A DNA stretch of 61,550 nt from positions 1 to 61,550 of IMG/VR virus record IMGVR_UViG_3300027833_001904; one strand, written 5' to 3'. Every line of letters starts with the position of its first letter. The first letter of the stretch is position 1. The stretch is from a virus. Its lineage: Duplodnaviria > Caudoviricetes. This document shows, one piece after another, positions 57,208 to 61,550 of this stretch. Made by a program: the position numbers and the translations under genes. The notes beneath the pieces were generated by a model, which did no database searches, was not told the origin of the DNA, and saw nothing but the letters and a program-made list of their open reading frames with translations.

Positions 57208-58551
57208 ATGAGCAAAGCATTGATACTTCTTTCTAGCAATAAGAACGAAGTTAAAAAGTTAGGTCTGGCAAAACATGCCGCACTAATTGACAAAGACGTA
57301 GATGTTGCATTTGCAAACAAAGACTACGACTACATTACACTAATTAATAAAGCACCAACAACACCACAAGAAGCACGTGACATTGGTGGGAATATGTTTA
57401 AGAAATATAAATCAAAAGCAACAGAAATTGTTTTTAATCTTCCTAGACTAGCTGATGTTAAAGAAGGTGCAGCATTGGCATCATACGAATTTACCAAATA
57501 TAAAACAAAGCCTGAAGAAAACACACTACAAGTAGAAGATGCAGGCATTAGTGCAAGTGTTCATTTTGCACGTGATTTAGTTACAGAGCCAGGCAATGCA
57601 TTATATCCTGAAGAATACGCACACCGTATTAATGAAACACTCACACCACATGGTGTTAGAGTGCGTGTAATTTATCAACGTGAACTAGAACGCATCGGCA
57701 TGGATATGCTGTTAAGTGTTGGACTAGGTAGTGAGAATAACAGTGCTGTGGTTATAATGGAATGGATGCATGGACTTGAAGGTGAACAACCAATTGCATT
57801 AGTAGGTAAAGGTGTTACATTTGACACAGGTGGTATTAGTTTAAAACCAGGTCGTAACATGGGCGATATGAAATATGACATGGGCGGTAGTGCCGCAGTT
57901 GTAGGAGCCATGCATGCTATTGCTGATAAAAAACTAAAGAAAAACGTAGTTGGTATTGTAGGACTAGTAGAGAACATGCCAGATGGTAAAGCAATTAAAC
58001 CAGGTGATGTTGTTAGATCACTAAGTGGACAATATGTTGAAAACTTAAACACTGATGCAGAAGGCAGACTTGTGCTTGGTGATATTTTAACATATGTGCA
58101 AAGTGAATACAATCCAGGTGCTATTATTGACCTTGCTACACTAACAGGAGCCATTGTTGCAACACTAGGCAATGAAATGGCAGGATTGTTTACTAACAGT
58201 GATGGATTAGAAAAAGCAATTATTGAAAATGGTGAGCTAGGTGGAGAAGGTTACTTCCGTATGCCAATGGGTAAAAACTGGGCTAAGATGATCGAATCAC
58301 CTATCGCTGATTTCCAAAACATTGGTGGTCCATATGGTGGCTCAACTACTGCCGCTGAATTCTTATACAAGTTTGTAGACAAGAAAACAGCATGGGCTCA
58401 TTTAGATATTGCAGGTATGTGTTGGTCTAAAAGTGGAAATGCAACAACACCAAAAGGCGCAGTCGGCTTCGGCGTAAAAACATTATTCAACTTTGTAGAC
58501 AACACAGAGAGTTATCAGTGGTTTGCAGTAGAAGAAAAAATGTCATACTAA
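57208..58551 (+). CDS. pepA: Leucyl aminopeptidase (M17)
   Basis: VGKGVTFDTGG, MKYDMGG, NTDAEGRL, DLATLTG, HLDIAG; promoter 57150-57178. Confidence 0.95.
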   Translation: MSKALILLSSNKNEVKKLGLAKHAALIDKDVDVAFANKDYDYITLINKAPTTPQEARDIGGNMFKKYKSKATEIVFNLPRLADVKEGAALASYEFTKYKTKPEENTLQVEDAGISASVHFARDLVTEPGNALYPEEYAHRINETLTPHGVRVRVIYQRELERIGMDMLLSVGLGSENNSAVVIMEWMHGLEGEQPIALVGKGVTFDTGGISLKPGRNMGDMKYDMGGSAAVVGAMHAIADKKLKKNVVGIVGLVENMPDGKAIKPGDVVRSLSGQYVENLNTDAEGRLVLGDILTYVQSEYNPGAIIDLATLTGAIVATLGNEMAGLFTNSDGLEKAIIENGELGGEGYFRMPMGKNWAKMIESPIADFQNIGGPYGGSTTAAEFLYKFVDKKTAWAHLDIAGMCWSKSGNATTPKGAVGFGVKTLFNFVDNTESYQWFAVEEKMSY

Positions 58552-58554
58552 AGG

Positions 58555-58583
58555 TTGACAACCAAGACATCTTATTGTATATT
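58555..58583 (+). promoter_or_regulatory. Repeated early promoter (copy 4)
   Basis: TTGACA-ACCAAGACATCTTATTG-TATATT. Confidence 0.85.
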
Positions 58584-58614
58584 GTATGTATAGGTTGTTA
58601 ATAAAGGACTGGTA

Positions 58615-59058
58615 ATGGATATCGTATATAACAAAAACTATAATTTTAAAATTAATGCAACGTTTGGAGATCTTCCTATTTCAGTATTAGAAGAAGTTCT
58701 CAAAGATGGACGTTTAGCAAGTCACTTTTTAGAACGTCAGTTGGAAGTATGGTTTCCAGAACTTACATTTGTAAATGCAAAAGGTTACGATCATGTTCGT
58801 AAAGGATCTGATATTTTGTATGACCAAAAATGTTTTACAAAAGGTGGACTTGGGTTTGCACCAAGTAAGATGTTAGGTGCAGGTCGTAAAATTAATATAG
58901 AAGAAGCACATGCACACGCAAATACAATTGATTACATTGCATGTGATATTACTGAATTTCCTAAAGTAGTTGTTCGCTTTGTAAAAGGAAGTGAACTTGT
59001 TAATAATTATCCAACATGTAAAGTTAAATATAATCAACGAGAGGAATTCTTTGCTTAA
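58615..59058 (+). CDS. Putative PD-(D/E)xK restriction-type endonuclease
   Basis: E...GYD...YDQK spacing; coupled to a DNA methyltransferase. Confidence 0.5.
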   Translation: MDIVYNKNYNFKINATFGDLPISVLEEVLKDGRLASHFLERQLEVWFPELTFVNAKGYDHVRKGSDILYDQKCFTKGGLGFAPSKMLGAGRKINIEEAHAHANTIDYIACDITEFPKVVVRFVKGSELVNNYPTCKVKYNQREEFFA

Positions 59059-59992
59059 TATAATACACAATCAAGACTGTATAGAAGGTATGTTATCACT
59101 GCCAGCAGGCAGTGTTGATGTGGTAGTTACATCACCACCATATAACTTGGATATAAAATATGGAACATACAAAGATGACTTGCCACGTGATAGTTATCTC
59201 AAATGGTTAGATGATGTATTTGCAGGTGTAAAGCATTGTCTTAAAGATAATGGGCATTTCTTTCTTAATGTAGGGTATTCAAATATTGATCCATGGGTTG
59301 GTATGGACGTAGGTAATGTTGCTCGTAAGCATTTTGTTTTACAAAATAACTTTACATGGGTTAAAAGCATTTATGTAGATGGTAAAACAAGTGGACACTT
59401 TAAGCCAATAAACAGCAAAAGGTTTAGTAATCCAACATGGGAGCACTTGTTTCACTTTACAAAAGATGGTGCAGTAGAATGCGATAAACTAGCAATTGGT
59501 GTTCCATATGAATGGGATTGTAATATTGATAACAGTGGCAGAATGCGTGGACGTCTAGTTAAAAAGATGGGCTTTGATAACTTTAAGCACTTTGAAAAAA
59601 CAGCAACAGCAGAACAAATTAATGAACTACAAGTTGCACTGGCTGAAAAATTAGCAAATACACCAGAGCGTCCTACTACAAGAGATAGAGGAAATACTTG
59701 GTATATTCCATATGATACTATTGCTACTCGAGATAAACGTGGTAAACATCCGGCAACATTTCCAGTTGCATTAGTAGAGCAATGTATACAATTTACTGGT
59801 ATCAAAGATGGTGTATTACTTGATCCATTTATGGGTTCTGGCACATCAGCAATAGCATCAATAAATCAACAGTTTGATTATATAGGATATGACATAGATG
59901 TAGACTATATTGAATTTGCAAAACAACGAATAGATGCACAAGTTAAAGACATAAATCAACCAAAATATCAGCTATTTGATGCAGCTTTATAA
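59051..59992 (+). CDS. Beta-class amino DNA methyltransferase (probably N4-cytosine)
   Basis: TSPPY (motif IV) before HPATFP and DPFMGSGT (motif I); GAGGA RBS before TTG 59051. Confidence 0.9.
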   Translation: MLNIIHNQDCIEGMLSLPAGSVDVVVTSPPYNLDIKYGTYKDDLPRDSYLKWLDDVFAGVKHCLKDNGHFFLNVGYSNIDPWVGMDVGNVARKHFVLQNNFTWVKSIYVDGKTSGHFKPINSKRFSNPTWEHLFHFTKDGAVECDKLAIGVPYEWDCNIDNSGRMRGRLVKKMGFDNFKHFEKTATAEQINELQVALAEKLANTPERPTTRDRGNTWYIPYDTIATRDKRGKHPATFPVALVEQCIQFTGIKDGVLLDPFMGSGTSAIASINQQFDYIGYDIDVDYIEFAKQRIDAQVKDINQPKYQLFDAAL

Positions 59993-60015
59993 TAAATTAA
60001 TTTAAAAAAACTTAC

Positions 60016-60084
60016 AAACCCTTGTTACGCAAGGGTTTTTTCTTGACTAAAAAGGTTGACAACCAAGACATCTTACTGTATACT
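60016..60084 (+). repeat. Terminator plus repeated early promoter unit (copy 5)
   Basis: CCCTTG-TTACG-CAAGGG-TTTTTT then TTGACAACCAAGACATCTTACTG-TATACT. Confidence 0.85.
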
Positions 60085-60116
60085 ATAAGTATATAAACAA
60101 TAAAGGAATGAACTAA

Positions 60117-60488
60117 ATGGCATATGTATCACAAGCAGACAAAAAAGAACTTGCACCAGCTATTAAAGATGTATTGAAAAAATACAAAATGAAAGCCAGC
60201 ATTAGTGTTAACAATCATTCAACACTAGCAGTTAACATCAAAGAAGGTGCAATTGACTTTACAGACAATTTTACACATGGAGATGGTTATATCCAAGTTA
60301 ACGAATATTGGATTAATGATCATTGGGCAGGTGTTAAGCGTGATTTCTTTAACGAACTACTAGCGGCAATGAAAGGCCCAAAGTATTTTAATGATGATGA
60401 TGCAATGACTGATTACTTTAGTCGTTCACACTATACTAGCATTAATGTTGGTAAGTGGAATAAGCCTTACAATTACACAGGAGCGTAA
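60117..60488 (+). CDS. Conserved phage hypothetical early protein
   Basis: AMTDYF...INVGKWNKPY; AAGGA RBS. Confidence 0.75.
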   Translation: MAYVSQADKKELAPAIKDVLKKYKMKASISVNNHSTLAVNIKEGAIDFTDNFTHGDGYIQVNEYWINDHWAGVKRDFFNELLAAMKGPKYFNDDDAMTDYFSRSHYTSINVGKWNKPYNYTGA

Positions 60489-60489
60489 T

Positions 60490-60726
60490 ATGAAAAAGTT
60501 TACAATATTAATGAGTGTGTTTTGTTTAACAATTATCGGAGGTTCAGTGTTTGCTGATGAAAATAATCCGCCAGTAAAGATGAGCAAGAGTGAAATTTGT
60601 CATGCTACAGATAGTTCATCATACAAACGCACAAAAAACTTTACTGCATTTGATACATTAGAAGACTGTTTAGGTAATAGCGAAAAAGCACGTTTACCTA
60701 AAAACTATACACGAAAAGAAAGTTAA
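60490..60726 (+). CDS. Small exported protein
   Basis: Signal peptide; VKMSKSEICH...YKRTKNF...CL. Confidence 0.7.
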   Translation: MKKFTILMSVFCLTIIGGSVFADENNPPVKMSKSEICHATDSSSYKRTKNFTAFDTLEDCLGNSEKARLPKNYTRKES

Positions 60727-60727
60727 T

Positions 60728-61462
60728 ATGAAGTTTACTGCAATTCTATTATCAACATTGTTGTCAGCAACACTTTCACATGCCGATGTTCTTAAAGAAC
60801 ACGTAATATCAACCGAAAAAATATTCAATATAGGGTCTGATATTATAGGCACCAATAATAAAAAAACCTTAGCAGAAGATTTTTACTATTTCAAAGCGAA
60901 CGAAAATTTAAATATTCATATTGATGTTCATTCAGATGACCTCCCTCTGATAGGTTTTGGGTTTAAAAACAATATCGAGTTTACTGAACTTAGAGCTGAG
61001 TCATTAAAGTCTTTTCTTCTTGATAATTTTAAAGATAATATTAATAGCATAACAATTTCAGGAAAAGGTGAATTTAATCCTATATGTCAAGATTATACTC
61101 CAGAATGTCGTTCTAAAAATCGTAGGGCAGTAATACAAATTTACAGAAAGGATAGGGGAGATATTAAAATGCCAGTGAAAGTTGCACCTGTAACAATTAG
61201 AAAAAACCAACCAAGAAAACTAAATGTCCCCCATATGATAGTTAGATGTGGCATGTATGTAAACGCAATGATTTTTGATGAAAGTGGTCCAAAATTACAA
61301 GATTTTTTAACTTCACAATTACGTGAAATGGGCGTAGGCAGAGATCATGAAGTTCAGATAAGAAAAGGAATGAGAAAAATTATTAAACAATCAGGGGTTA
61401 CATTTATTGAGCAAATGAACTTCCTATTTAACGATTGTAAAGCATTAGGATTAACAAAATAA
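60728..61462 (+). CDS. Exported protein with OmpA-like domain
   Basis: Signal peptide; HSD, LRAESL, GKGE..P, KNRRAVI. Confidence 0.7.
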   Translation: MKFTAILLSTLLSATLSHADVLKEHVISTEKIFNIGSDIIGTNNKKTLAEDFYYFKANENLNIHIDVHSDDLPLIGFGFKNNIEFTELRAESLKSFLLDNFKDNINSITISGKGEFNPICQDYTPECRSKNRRAVIQIYRKDRGDIKMPVKVAPVTIRKNQPRKLNVPHMIVRCGMYVNAMIFDESGPKLQDFLTSQLREMGVGRDHEVQIRKGMRKIIKQSGVTFIEQMNFLFNDCKALGLTK

Positions 61463-61550
61463 ATGACAAATAAAATTAAAGATCAACTATTCCTAGAAGC
61501 CTGTTTTTATATTAAGATGGGCGTTCTAGTTGATGTAGAAGATGCAAGTG

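Noticed and set aside
15267-60084. Repeated 21-mer considered as a CRISPR repeat or IS end
   Set aside because: Copies are kilobases apart, have -35/-10 geometry, and no cas or transposase genes are present
1-61550. Stop-codon reassignment
   Set aside because: Known genes are full length in the standard code, TAA, TAG and TGA all terminate genes, and no suppressor tRNA is seen
1-61550. Bacterial chromosome origin, given the many housekeeping-like genes
   Set aside because: PAAR, tail fibre, spanins, endolysin, T4-type late boxes, dense small ORFs and the lack of normal bacterial operon context indicate a large phage

Overview
This AT-rich, gene-dense window comes from a large T4-like (myovirus/jumbo) bacteriophage. 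It has sigma70-type early promoters, TAAATA-core late promoters, and genes for nrdB/glutaredoxin, PAAR, PhoH, spanins, a GH108 endolysin and tail-fibre proteins. Several clues point to an alphaproteobacterial host (inference): a circularly permuted two-piece tmRNA with tag ANNNYAPEMALAA, DUF1127/DUF3563-like small proteins, and a ROSE-like thermometer. Highlights: (1) a near-complete phage translation-rescue/proteostasis kit (tmRNA, ClpP, ClpX, ClpA, ClpS, Hsp20, DnaJ, PepA, IF3, bS21, 10 tRNAs including an unusual Ser-ACU); (2) a late-promoter biosynthetic-like operon plus four dispersed radical SAM paralogues, with IscS/IscU/Fpr support; (3) a fixed TAAATA-N5-ATG leaderless late-gene architecture; (4) a leader-peptide/terminator unit, resembling an attenuator, directly before tRNA-Trp and tRNA-CAU; (5) three unexplained structured RNAs; (6) a repeated TTGACAACCAAGACATCTT promoter element, two copies of which flank a putative restriction-modification pair. 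All calls come from reading motifs by eye; no database searches or folding programs were run.
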